This document shows positions 28,076-41,522 of a stretch of DNA of 64,000 nucleotides, in pieces. The stretch's first letter is position 1. Every line of letters begins with the position of its first letter. A model generated the notes under the pieces. It saw nothing but the letters and a program-made list of their open reading frames with translations, was not told the DNA's origin and did not search any database. The DNA comes from the human T2T-CHM13v2.0 reference genome, Homo sapiens. Made by a program: the position numbers and the translations under genes. The stretch lies in the NCBI RefSeq assembly GCF_009914755.1, contig NC_060947.1; one strand, given 5' to 3'.

Positions 28076-28115
28076 ACATGCAGGTAGCCTAATCTCTTTT
28101 ACTTTCTCTCTCCCC

Positions 28116-28600
28116 TGTAATGAATACTCTGCATTTCTTCCTCCAGAATTGCTCTACCCTTTTCCATTCTGCTCTATGGCCCCAGGCCAACCTGTATGGA
28201 TCTCATCAGTGTCCTTGTCCTCTGGCTTCTTGTTTGGGTTTGGCCAATGAGAGGCACCAGTAGGAGAGTGATGCTGGAAGGGCAGAGAAATCAAGATCTT
28301 TGTTCCCTGGGCTCTCTCCCTGTTGGGCCACAAGTTGACAGTGGCTTCTTATCTCTATCAAAGGCCACAGCTCTGATCAGGCAACCCTCCCTTACAACCA
28401 TAGCTGCAGCTCTTTTTGCATTACTATAATCATTCCTGTCCCTTTCCCCTTCAAGCCAAGGAATGGTAATGGCTCCCTATCGTTGCTAACTCCTGGGTTT
28501 CTTACCATCCCTTTTTTATTTCTCTCTGCCCATATAATTGTAAAAAGTCCATCCATTAAATTTGATAATTTAACTCACCTGTTTTTTGCCAGGACACTGT
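28116..28600 (+). mobile_element. LTR33-like ERVL LTR
   Basis: cctctggcttcttgtttgggtttggccaatgagaggcaccagtaggaga...aaggccacagctc...ccattaaa. Confidence 0.7.
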
Positions 28601-28799
28601 CTTATATATTCATTCAGTCTCCTGTGTGGAACATAGATGTGTTACCTGGAGTTAACTTCTTTTGTGTTTCCAATTCAGCTATCACATTATTTCCTGGAGA
28701 CTGTGTAGGCCAAAGTCTAGTTTGAGTGTATAAGGGTGATGTGGTAAATAAATGGATAGTAGGGATAGAAAGGTGTGACATATTATTATTTCATGTATT

Positions 28800-29160
28800 C
28801 CAATGGAAAGAATGCTTATGTTCCCCCAAAATGTATATGTTGAAATCCTACCCTCCTAATGCAGTGTTATTATCAGTTGAGGCATTTGGAAAGTGATTAG
28901 ATCATGAGGTTGGAACCCTCATGAATAAGATTAATGTTCTTATAAAAGAAACTTTAGAGAGCTCACACACCCTCTTTCTGTCATATGAGGACGCAGCAAG
29001 AAGATGATAGTCTGCAACCCAGAAGGGTGGCCTCATCAGAACCTGACCATAATGGCACACCAATCTTAGACTTTAAGCCTCCAGAACTATGAGAAATAGA
29101 TGTTTGTTGTTTAAACTACTCAATGTGTGGTCACTGGTTATAGCATCCAGAACTAAGGTG
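28800..29160 (+). mobile_element. MLT1A/A0 MaLR LTR
   Basis: tatgttcccccaaaatgtatatgttgaaatcct...agcctccagaactatgagaaata...agaactaagg. Confidence 0.8.
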
Positions 29161-30159
29161 TGTATCAGCCCACCACATGCAATAATATGTCATCAGTTGA
29201 CTTCTTCTTCCGGTGAAGATAATTAGCTAGTGATGGGAAAGAGTACAACTCTTGAAGATCAAGCCACTTGACCCAGTTTGTTTTTAATAAACTTCTATAT
29301 CTAATCCTCCACATAAAACATCATGCCAGCTTAACCCTGAAGGGGTCAATTCAGATCCTTCACTGAAATGCCCCATTTGAGCGAGTCTCCAAAATCAGAA
29401 TGCTCTTTACTGGCATTGTTTCAATGCAGTGAGGAAATCTTATCCTTCTTTTCAAAATCACATGCAGCATCTTGCCCCTTGACAGTCAGCATACTTCATG
29501 GTAGAAAAGCAGAGTCTTAGATTCATTGTTTGATTCATGGCAACCTGAAAAGAAATGTAATCGAGCACATATTTTGATCGTATTAGTAACTGTCATTATT
29601 CCTTTCGGAACCGAGACAAGATCAGGAGACCAGTTGTTGACCACTAGTTATTTTCTATAAACAAACCTATGTACGCTTGGGCATTCAGGCATAACCTCTA
29701 ATGTTTAATTTGGCAACACCCTTCCTTGATGTACACATTGCAGATTCTCCATCAGTACTAATCCAGATGCACTGTTTTCTCCAGTTTAAACAATCACTCA
29801 TGAAATAATTATTAAGTAAATTAAGAAAGCCCCCTCCCCTTCTGTACTGTCAGTTGTCAGTGATAAATATAACAATAATAAAAGTGATTGAATTCAACAA
29901 TCATATATGTCCCACACATATGCCAAGAGCTGATTTATACTCTATACATGAGTGGTTTTGTTTTGTGAAATATCTGCTTTCATGCACAAATGATAGTAAT
30001 TGCTCTTTCTTTTGTTTGTTATTGATGTTTTGTAACATCCAACAGTGTCATCTAACACCTTTTTCTTCTTTCTCTCTGAGCAGTATATTTATCACTAAAT
30101 TTGCAATGCTATCACAAACTTCTTGGTGATCAAGTGGCTTCACACCTGTGATGAAGTCT

Positions 30160-30626
30160 GAGTATGTGTTTGGCTGTATGAAAGAGGCCAAAATTACCAG
30201 AGGCTTCTATCTTTTATAACAGTCTGGAGTTAGAAGATTCAGGAATGACACGTAGGCTCCGCTCCAGGAAGTCATCCAGAGATCTAGGCTTCTTCTAGCT
30301 TATTGCTTCTCCTCTTTTAAGTGCTGCCCTCACCCATGTGGTTCAAGATAGCTCACTACCACATCCACAATGCAGGCAGCAGATGGGAGAAAAAGGGAGA
30401 AGGCACAATGTCTCTTTCCTTTAATGACATACTCAAGTCTCATGAATCACTTGCCTTCATATTCACTGGCTAGAATTCAGTCACTTGGACACACATAGCT
30501 GCAAAGAAGCTAAGCAATTACACATTTGTTCTGAGTGTCCACGTGCCCAACTAAAATGTCAGAGTTTTTCTTTCTGCAAAAAAAGTGGAGCACAGATCCG
30601 GGTGACCTCCAGTAACCTCTGTCACT
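30160..30626 (-). mobile_element. MLT1J-like LTR
   Basis: cactggctagaattcagtcacttggacacacatagctgcaaagaagct...gtgcccaactaaaa. Confidence 0.65.
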
Positions 30627-32511
30627 TCTTGATATTTCTACAAGCAGCAAATCCTTAAATAGTGCTCTTGTAGTTTGAACCTGTTCTTTGTGTTTAATTA
30701 ATTACTGGAAAACTTAATTGTCCACTTGCATAACAAATATTTAATGTCATGTGTTTTGTTAGAAAAGGACATGAAAGCTGTGATGCCTTTATGCAACCAT
30801 TTAACAATTTTTAATATTTTGAACAGTCATAAGCATGTTTTCTCATCACACTTTTCCTTTTCTCTCTTTCTCCCTTCCTTCCTTCTTTTCCACTTTCCTT
30901 TCTTCCTTTTCTTTTTTTTTTTGCCTGCTTACATGAAATCATCCCAATCACACATTCACTTGTCCTAGAACATACAGATACATGGTCTATATTTGTACTT
31001 GAGTCCTGCTCACCATTTAAATTTACCACTTTATTCTGAGTTACAATGTTTTGGTTACCATTTTCATAAGTTTTTTATATACTTCATTAAACACTTTTAA
31101 GTCACTAATCTATTTTTGAATTGAGCTTAAAATCAAGCACAAGGAACAACAAAAAATACTGCACAACACCAATAAGCAATAGTATACAAATGACATAAAA
31201 ATATGAAAATGAAGAGCTATCTTATAATTAATATTAGGCAAGAGAAGTTAATCAACTAAGTCCTTATAGTGGATGTGCGATTTTAAGACTATAATGATTA
31301 TTAAGAACATTAAGACATTTCTGTGACAATCATAATTAATCTTACATTTCAAATCTAGGGAACGTATGTGAATAAATTAATTTCATTGCTTTTTCCACTG
31401 AAACTAGGGAATGTTTTTGGAATCACGTGATATCCCATCAGAGATCTATGTTGGTGTTCTGAAGCCTGCACTTTGAGAAATACTATTTCCTTACTTGAAT
31501 TGGCCCTGGTGTGGTTTGTATACTCATTTGCTCAGATCAACAAATCTGTTTCAACCTGGTATTGTAGCCAGAAAAAAAGATTAAGGCAGAAGAGTGGTCG
31601 TTCCTGTTATTTTCTGGTGGGGCATATATTAGGAGTTTGGGAGCAAGAAAGGCAGAAAATCAGTACTATTTAACAAAATAATCTTATTAACAGGGATTTT
31701 AATATATCTGAAAAATCAGTGCCAGTCAGTGGTGTAGTGGATTACTAAGTCACCTTTGCTATCCAGTGGTTGCTTTTCTCTAACTTCAGAAAGATTTGGA
31801 GAGATAATTTAGATATATATTCAACCTAGATTCCAGTGATCCTTGAATTTTTAAAATTTCTGGCAACACTACTAACACGCTAACATTCTAAGACCAAAGT
31901 TCTCATGAAAAATAGAGATCAAAATGACTGTTAACCCATCATTTACCCTTTGCAGACTTTGTAGGATGGAAAATTTACTTGAGTAGAATATAATCAGTGA
32001 AAGGAAGAATGTCTCTGGCATGTGTTAAAGCTAAGGAAGACATGGCTTATGGATAGCTTTCATCTGGGGCCTGGAAAGCTGAGCAGATCATTTTCCTTGA
32101 CTTCTTTCTCTTGCTCTTCACTGGATCACAACTTCACCGGGCCAGTGTTTGGGGGAGCCTTCTCCAAACTTATGGAGATAATAAAGTTGACATAGAGCAG
32201 CAACATCACATAGTTATTTTAAAATTTGTGAGAAATATGAAAGATTTTAAGGAGCTAGAGTAAGACTGATATCTACTTTAACTCATTGATCTCAATGGAG
32301 TGTATTTCTGACTGAACTAGAATTGTGAAAACGGATCAAAAGGGATTTGCTTACTTCAAAAACTTTTTGCATCCATTCATCAAATTGGAGAACATCAGGA
32401 CTACAAAAGACCTTAAATGGGCATATAAACCTTCCTCCTATTTTACTCCATCTGCTAGTTAATTATCCTATGGTACTGGTACTATGTAACACCAAAATGA
32501 CCAATCACCAT

Positions 32512-32959
32512 CTATATTAGTAAGATATTACCACAATAATGCTGCATAACAAGCTCCCCTCCTAAAACTCAGCACAATGCAATAATAGCTATTTCATTTG
32601 CATTCACATATTCGTGGATTAGCTAGAGATCAGCTGATGAAAGGTGGGCTCAACTGGGCTTTGCTCTAAGTTGTGGGCTGGATCCAGGTCTGTTCTACAG
32701 GTCTCTCATTTTCCTTGGGCCGTGGCTAAATGAGCATATTCTCATGGTGAAATGCAGGAGTGCAGGAGAATAACTTAACTTCACAAGCACATTTCAAGCT
32801 CTGTTAGCATCAAATCTATTAACATTATATTTGGCAAGGCCAAAATCAAGGGGGCAGGAAAATACACTCTACCTGCCACAAGGTTATGGCACAGATGTGG
32901 ATGCATTAAAAATATTACAGGGCAGTGAAAAATTGGGAGCAATAATTTAGTCTACCACA
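32512..32959 (-). mobile_element. MLT1H/I-like LTR
   Basis: aataatgctgcataacaa...aagcacatttcaagctctg...gtctaccaca. Confidence 0.65.
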
Positions 32960-33872
32960 TCATCCCCATGTCTTTCAACTGTTTCTCATACGACATGATT
33001 CTGAGACCTCTCTCCATCCTGGGAGCTCTTCCCTTAGCATGATCATGTTTTTCCTTATTTCTCTGAAGATGTACTGGGCTCATGGCTATATAATATTTCA
33101 GGCATGGTTGATAGTCAGCAGATACATACCAGAGGTCATCCCTTTATATTAGCTGTGCCATCTATTAGCTCTGGTTCCATGTATTGCTGGAACTATACAC
33201 AGTAGAGCCAATTTACCACCACTGTCTTTGTGAAGGTCTATTTTTACATGACGTGAGATTCTAGTGACGTTTTTGGTATCAATATGTTGCTAACAAGTTA
33301 TTAATTAGCCACCATACTCTTTAATTAACTATCTTAATAATAAAGTTTCCATTTCTATTCTCATTTTGCAGTCAGTTAATGCTTTGCTTAGGAAGAACAC
33401 ATCTTATAGAATATTTTATATAATCTATTGAAGTAGCATGTTTTTTTAACAAACCAATCAGAATATATGAGTGTAAGTGTGTGTGCGTGTGTGTGTATGT
33501 GTGTGTGTGTAAATTCTCCAAATGAAGAGTCTGTTTTAAAGTGGGAAGTCATAAACATATTCAAAATGTTTGTGAACATACTTTTGAATGTACAGTACCT
33601 GCCATAGCAGTATAAAATCCATGGGCATTCACAATAGATTTAGATGTAGGTCCTTGGAGACTGCAACTCTGCTTATATAGAAACAGTAGTCAAGGTCCTG
33701 TTTCTTACTATTCTAATGGGCATATTGTTAGATCTTATGGAAGAAAATGAAAAAAAAACTGTTTAGCATAGCTGTTCTGTAATATTAACACCATATACCT
33801 TTTTTCAGAGTCCTGAAAAAGTACATAAGTGACTTTCAAATCCTAAAACAGAAAGTAGCGCCCAGAGATCGG

Positions 33873-34398
33873 TGCTATAATTAATGATCTCAAGATGGCT
33901 TAGCAATAATTCTGATCTATAAGCTTTTGCACATTGCTATTCCCCTATCAAAAGGTGGAGTGTTTTTCCCTCCCTTTGAACCCAGGCAGGCTTTTGTAAC
34001 TGCCTCAACAATGTAGTAGAAATAACAATGTGACACTAGTGCATGAAAGGCAACATGACTTTCACCTACCCACCCCATTCCTCCCTTGAGATGCTTGTCT
34101 TTGGAACCTAGCCACCACGATGTGAGGAAGACAAGTAGCCACAGGGAAAGACTATTTGTAGGCTTTAAAGCTAAAGCCTGGGAAGTTTAGTCTGCTAGCT
34201 GACAGATGACGGTACCAGTTACCACACAATGTGAGTAAGTTAGCTTTCAGATGATTCCACCCTCCAGCCTTTCAGACAATTTGCTGAGGTTGAGTACAGC
34301 AGAGATGGGCATCCCTGTCAAGCCCTACTCAAATTGCAAATTGATGAGCAAAATAAATGTTTTCTGAGGTACCTGTTATACGGTAGATAACTGGAACA
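33873..34398 (+). mobile_element. MLT1F/G-like LTR
   Basis: atcaaaaggtggag...gccaccacgatgtgaggaag...gagcaaaataaatg...tagataactggaaca. Confidence 0.7.
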
Positions 34399-34552
34399 GA
34401 AGCAGGGCAGAGAAATCGGTCATTGGCTTGAGGGGTTGTGGGGACAATAGAGAGTGGAGATGGTGGGTAAAAGAGGTGTTTTGAAAAAAGCAGAAGAAAA
34501 ATAATGAGTTTGGTTTTAAATATGTGGTGTTTGAGCTGCCTGAGAGAGGTAA

Positions 34553-34864
34553 ACAAGTAGAGCTGTCCAGTAAGCATGTGAATATCACAAGTAGAGCTGT
34601 CCAGTAAGCATGTGAATATCACAAGTAGAGCTGTCCAGTAAGCATGTGAATATCACAAGTAGAGCTGTCCAGTAAGCATGTGAATATCACAAGTAGAGCT
34701 GTCCAGTAAGCATGTGAATATCACAAGTAGAGCTGTCCAGTAAGCATGTGAATATCACAAGTACAGCTGTCCAGTAAGCATGTGAATATCACAAGTACAG
34801 CTGTCCAGTAAGCATGTGAATATCACAAGTACAGCTGTCCAGTAAGCATGTGAGTATCACAAGT
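34553..34864. repeat. 34-bp minisatellite, 9 units plus 6 bp, inside an L2 fragment
   Basis: Unit ACAAGTAGAGCTGTCCAGTAAGCATGTGAATATC. Units 1-6 are identical, units 7-9 carry G>C at position 8, and unit 9 has one extra A>G. Confidence 0.97.
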
Positions 34865-35757
34865 GGAAGAGTTTGAGGAGTCATCCCTCCGAAAAGAGTA
34901 CTGGCCTGGGAGGCTACAGACAGGATCGCTCATTACTTAACCCCTAACTTGCTGAGAGACCATGGGCAAGCCCTCTTCCTCTCTCAGAATCAATACCCCT
35001 GATATACACTGAGAGAGATGAAATTTTAGGGTTTGTTTTTGCTTTGCTCTAACAGCGTGTAACAGTGTTTATTATCAGATGCTTATGTATTTCTTGTTCT
35101 GTCACAGAAACATAATACAGTTGAAATCCTGGTGATCTTAAATAAGTTTACCATTCAATGAAGATAATTCAAAGATCAAATTTATCATCTAAGAGCTTCT
35201 GAAAGAAAAAAGACATCAAATGTAACTTGGACTTCTCAGAGTAACATTAATAAGACTCTCTTATGTACTCATAGAATATAATTCACCTCAGAAAATCAAC
35301 CTAAGGAAGCCCACATGATATGGGGTGTGCTGACTCTGTCACAAATAGAAAGGGGGTACTTCTGACCAATCCTAACCTAGGTATATTGGAATATGTGACC
35401 ATTACTTTCAAACAGATTGTACATAATTCCAACGTTGACTCTCTGCTTTTATCATGGAGCTATTTCCAATATCATGTGTCCAATGTGGTTCTTAATCTTG
35501 TTGGAGTTTCCAAGATAGCTAGGGAAAGTCTATCCAGAAGAGACTTTCTTTACACAATTTTTCATGCAGTCATGAGGAGTTTACAGATCTCCTCTTCCAG
35601 ATCATGGACTAGCAGGCTAAGCACCTTCAAATTAAGACTGTTATATTCTCTTTACCAGTAGATCAACTTCCAAACAACACTTACTGTGTAATCATGGGCA
35701 GGCTTCTCAAATTCCTTACCTACCCTGCTTTCCCATTTACTGTTTTATTATAATCTT

Positions 35758-36500
35758 TTTAAAAATAGACTTTAGTTTTAAAGCAGTTTTAGGGTATCAG
35801 GAAAATTATGCAAAGTATAGAGTTTCTATACATCCCATTACCTCACACATGCACAACCTTCCCTATTATTGATATCCTCCACCATAATGGTACATTTCTT
35901 GCAACTGATGAACCTACATTGATGCTTCATTCTTACCCAAAGTCCATAGCTTATGTGACGGTTCATACTTGGTGTTGTACATTCTTTGAGTTTCAACAAA
36001 TGTATGATGACATGCATCCCCATTATAATATTATACAGAGTAGTTTCACTGCCCTAAAAATCCACTACCTATTCATTCCATTTAAAAAATCAGTGATTTT
36101 TTAATGTCTTCATAGTTTTACCTTTTCAAAAATGTCATATAGCTGGAACCATATAGTTAGTAAAGTTTTCAGACTGGGTTCTGGGTTCTTTCACTTAGGA
36201 ATATGCATTTAGGTTTCCTCCATGTCTTTTCGTGGCTTGACAGTAGTTTATTTCTTTTTAGTGCTGAATAATATTCCATTGTCTTGATATATCAGTTTGT
36301 TTATCCATTCACTGACTGAAGAACATCTTTGTTGCTTCCAAGTTTTGGCAATTATAAATAAAGCTGTTCTATTTCTAGTTTGATGATAGATTGTATAACA
36401 AATGGGTGTGACATTTTGTCAAATTCTTTTTCTGTACCTGTTCATATGATTATGTGATTTTTCATTTTTAGTCTGTTGATGTGATGGATTATCATTTATT
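35758..36500 (-). mobile_element. L1MC1-like 3' end plus a short ORF2 piece, inserted in a MIR
   Basis: aatagactttagttttaaagcagttttagg...gatgaacctacattgatgc...ccaaagtccatag. MIR halves at about 35660-35745 and 36510-36630. Confidence 0.8.
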
Positions 36501-37945
36501 GTTTTAAGGGCAGTAAATAAGCAGAAAGAATAATATCTACCTTGCAGTATCATTTTAAGGCCTAAACTGACTAATGCATGTAAAAGGCCTAGCCTTGCAA
36601 ATGGCATGTAATAGGAGTACAGTAACTTACCATTTTCTTCTTTTTAATCCCTCCAACAAAGGTGTAAACTACTGATGCTCAAGCCATGATCCCCAATCTG
36701 CTCCCAGAAAAGCTCTAAATCTCCTGCCAGAGGAGCACCCAGGCACTTGGGAGGACGCTACCACCATGTGGCTACCTCAGCCTTCTGATCCTTGCTAACT
36801 TATCAAAGGGCAAGTTTTGTGGTGTAGTGCTCCTACAATATCTTCAAAACAATAATTATCAGCATCATCACACACAGTTTTCTTATGCTTAGCAGTGCAA
36901 GTGCCTGCAAGATCATTACATATTAACTGATAAACAGATTTTTTGACCCTACAATCTGTGAAATATCATAACTGGTACAATGGAAGAAAAGGTCCATGGC
37001 TTAGAGTCCATCAGTGTTTAATTCCTCCCAGAGAGTGTTTGGAGAGATCCAGATTCATGTCAGTGACTTAATGGAGCTTTCAAACATGTTGACCAGAAGT
37101 AGGATGGACTCCAGTAGGAGTATTGTCCACAGTAAATTACATGCACACTTTGAGAATTGAGATAGCAAGAGATAAGCATTTTCTTAGACTGGCTGTCATG
37201 AAGTTCTGAAACAGTCACACTTTGAAGATTAAGGCTTGCCTACTCTATCTTCTGTACCCCCCTGACTTTGTTGTATAAAATAGAATGGGTTGGGGGGTCA
37301 CATGGAGTTGGTTAAAGCTGAAGTCTAGCAAAAGAATACGCTAAGACAGACATGGATCTTCCCTGTGTGTCCCAGAGCCAGGCCTGCCTCCTGAGGCGCC
37401 CTGCTAGAGGGCCTGTGTGCTTGTGGGTGTGGGTTGTGGTCTGCTGAGTCATTGCTCTTTATTATAATTACAACTAATGAGGCTGTTGCTTTACAGGCAA
37501 TTTTGTGGGCTTTCCTGCAGTTTTACTAGTTAGGAAGTAATTCATAACTATGAAGACTCTGCCTTCTTCCTAAATTTATGTGCCTAGGGAAGGGAGGTGT
37601 CTTATGTCAGAGGCGCCTAAGAAACTGCCATAGCAAAAGTCAGTCCCCATTCATTCCATGCAGCAAACATCCATTGACAGCTCCCTTGGGGTCAGGCCCT
37701 GGGGTGGGGGTGGGAAGTTGGAGAGGCGGCAGGGTTGAAGATGACATAATCCATGCCTTCACAGAGCTTGCAGTATCATGGTGGTAACAGACATGCAAAC
37801 AGGTCATTCAAAAGTCGAAGGCAAAGCCAAGAGAGACCTGGAAAATCACCAGAAAGCACCTGGGATGCTGTTCAACTAAAAATCCCCAGATAAAAATGTC
37901 TTCAATCCAGAAAAAGAAGGCCAGGTCTTCTTATGCCATTGCCCT

Positions 37946-37949
<4 letters not shown>

Positions 37950-37978
<29 letters not shown>
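37950..37978 (+). repeat. Poly(A)29 tract within an L2 fragment
   Basis: 29 consecutive A. Confidence 0.95.
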
Positions 37979-37980
<2 letters not shown>

Positions 37981-38208
37981 TTCCACAGATACCCAGCAAC
38001 TTAGAGAAAACAATTCAAACTTCAATTGTCACTTTACAAAACCTGGCTCCATCCTACCTTATAACCTTATCTCCTCTGGCCAAGGCTTCATTCTGCCCCT
38101 ATGTTTTCTCACTGCTATACTGTTTCCCCTGTCTTGTGGGGTTTTAAAAATAATTTTTAAATAATTTTTATTGTGAAAATTATACAAGCTAGTGAAAATA
38201 AGTAAAAC

Positions 38209-38950
38209 TGATGGTGGCAGCAGCCTATCTAGAGTGGCTGCTTTGAAGACGCCAGCAGCAGCGGGGAAGGCATGGCAAGGGCTATGCGCTCTGTGGAGCC
38301 AGTGGGTGCTGTAAACAGGTGATCCAAGTGGGAACCCCACCAAGTTGGCATGGCAGGAGCCCCTGCTCCCGGGTGCAGCTGTAGCCACCCAGCCATGGCT
38401 CTAGACCCAGGCATCCCTGCACTCTTAGGAGCCCAGGGAGTGCCTGCTCCTGCTCCCTGGCCTCTCCCTGCTCCTGGTGTCTGCTCCAGTGTGGAGCAAA
38501 GTTGTGGTAAACCCGGCTGAGTGTGCACATGCTTGGGGTGGCATTGACATGCTAGCCCTCTGCTGCCTTGGCCCCCTCCGGACTTTGGGAACTGACAAAC
38601 ACAGGAGGGCAGAGGGGGGCTGAGGGGGGCTTGGCATGGGTCTACAGGCACTCCTCAGCATGGAAAGCCTGGGCACCATGGGTGGCATGTTGATGGCAGC
38701 AGAGGCAGACAGGTTCCTGGGGGAAGGGGCAGGTCCCCAGTGAAACCTCACCTTCAAGCCAGGCCTGAAGCCTGGGGCCCGGGGGCCAGGCTGCCAGTTA
38801 AGGTGGAGTCTACCACATGGAGTGAGAATTTCATTGGCGCCTTTCAGACAATTGAATGGTGCTTTTTCAAGCCCACCCATGGCCACTCATGGACCAATCA
38901 GCATGCACTCCCTCCATTCTGAGCACATGAAAACCCCCAGACTCAGCTAG
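38209..38950 (+). mobile_element. MER52 (ERV1) LTR, 5' part only
   Basis: Starts TGATGGTGGCAGCAGCCTATCTAGAGTGGCTGCTTTGAAGACGCCAGC and is GC-rich. It breaks off after aaacccccagactcagctag. Confidence 0.8.
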
Positions 38951-40000
38951 ATATATTTCTGCTAGGTTTTCTAGTTTGTGTGCATAGAGGTGTTTATAAT
39001 AGTCTCTGAAGTTTTTATTCGTATTTCTGTGGAGTCAGTGGTAATGCCCCTTTGTCATTTTTTTGTAGTGTTTATTTGGATTTTCTCTTTTATTATTTAT
39101 TAGTCTTGGTAGTGATCTATCAATCGTATTTATTTTTCAAAAATCAACTTTTGGTTGTGTTGTTCTTTTGTATGGCTTTTCTCATCTCCATTTTGTTCAG
39201 TTCAGCTGCGATTTGGGTTATTTCATTTTTCTGCTACCTTTGGTGTTGGTTTGCTCTTGTTTTTCTAGTTCCTCTAGGTATGATGTTAGGTTGTTAATCT
39301 GAAATCTTTCTAACTTGTTGATGTGGGCATTTAGCACTATAAACTTCCCTCTTAGCATTGCTTTAACTGTGTCGCAGAGATTCTGATATGTTTTATCTTT
39401 GTTTTTATTACTTTCAAAGAATTTCTTGGTTTCTGCCTTAATTTCATTGTTTACGCCAAAGTCACTGAGAAACAGATTATTTAATTTCCATTCTTTTTAC
39501 TAATTTATATTTTTTTAGGTCTATGGTCTGAGACTGTGGTTGGCATAATTTTCTTTCTTTCCTTTTTTCAATTTGTTGAGAATTCCTTTATGGCCAAGCA
39601 TCTGTCCAATTTGAAAGTATGCGCCTTGTGCAGATGAGAAGAATGTGTATTCTGTTTTTGTTGGGTGGACCGTTCTGTACATGAGTGTTAGGGCCATTTG
39701 GTCAAGTGTAGAGTTTGAGTTCTGAGTATCTTTGCTAGTATTTGGCCATGATGATTTGTCTAATACAGTCAGTGGGGTGTTGAAGTCTTCCACTATTATT
39801 ATGTGGTTATCTAAGTCTCTTTGTAAATGTCTAAGAGCTGGTTTTATGGATCTGGGTGCTGCAGTATTGGGTGCATATATATTTAGGATATATTACATAA
39901 TGACAAAGTGTTCAATTCAACAAGAAGATTTTGTTATCATTATGTAATGTCCTTCTTTGTCCTTTTTTATCATTGTTAGCTTAAAGTCTGTTTTGTTTGA

Positions 40001-40555
<555 letters not shown>

Positions 40556-41222
40556 TAGTTGCTTTATAGTGTCAATGGTCTGTGGACTTAAGTGTGTTTT
40601 TGCAGTGGCAGGTACCAGTCTTTTATTTTTATGTTTAGCACTCCCTTAAGGACCTCTTTTAAGGCAGATCTGGTGATAATGAATTCCCATAGTACCTGCT
40701 TGTCTGAAAAAGGATTTATTTCTCCTCCACTTATAAAGCTTAGTTTGGCTGGATATAAAATTCTTGGTTGAAATTTGTTTAAGAATATTGAATATAATCC
40801 CCCAATCTCTTCTGGCTTGTAGGGTTTCTGAGAAAAGGTCTACTGTTAGCCTGATGGGGTTCTGTTTGTAGGCGACCGGCCCCTTCCCTTTAGCTGACTT
40901 TAACATTTTTCTTTTATATTTACCTTGGAGAATCTGATGACTACGTGTCTTGGAGATGTTTTACTTGTATAGTATCTCACAGGGGTTCTCTAAATTTCCA
41001 GAATTTGCATGTTGACCTTGCTGGCAAGGTTGGGGAAAATTTCCATGTATCATATCTTCAAATATGTTTTCCAAGTTGCTTGCTCTCTCTCCCACTCTCT
41101 AATGGATGCTGAAGAGTTGTAGATTTCATCTCCTTACATAATTCCATATTTCTCAGATATTTTGTTCATTATTTTTTTTCTTTATATTTATGTTACTGAG
41201 TTAATTCAAAGAACTGGTCTTT

Positions 41223-41522
<300 letters not shown>

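Noticed and set aside
34553-34864. CRISPR-like array of ~34-bp repeats
   Set aside because: The units are head-to-tail with no unique spacers, there are no cas genes, and the context is mammalian. It is a minisatellite.
38059-38922. Cluster of 109-153 aa ORFs
   Set aside because: They lie in the GC-rich MER52 LTR and have no recognisable domain.
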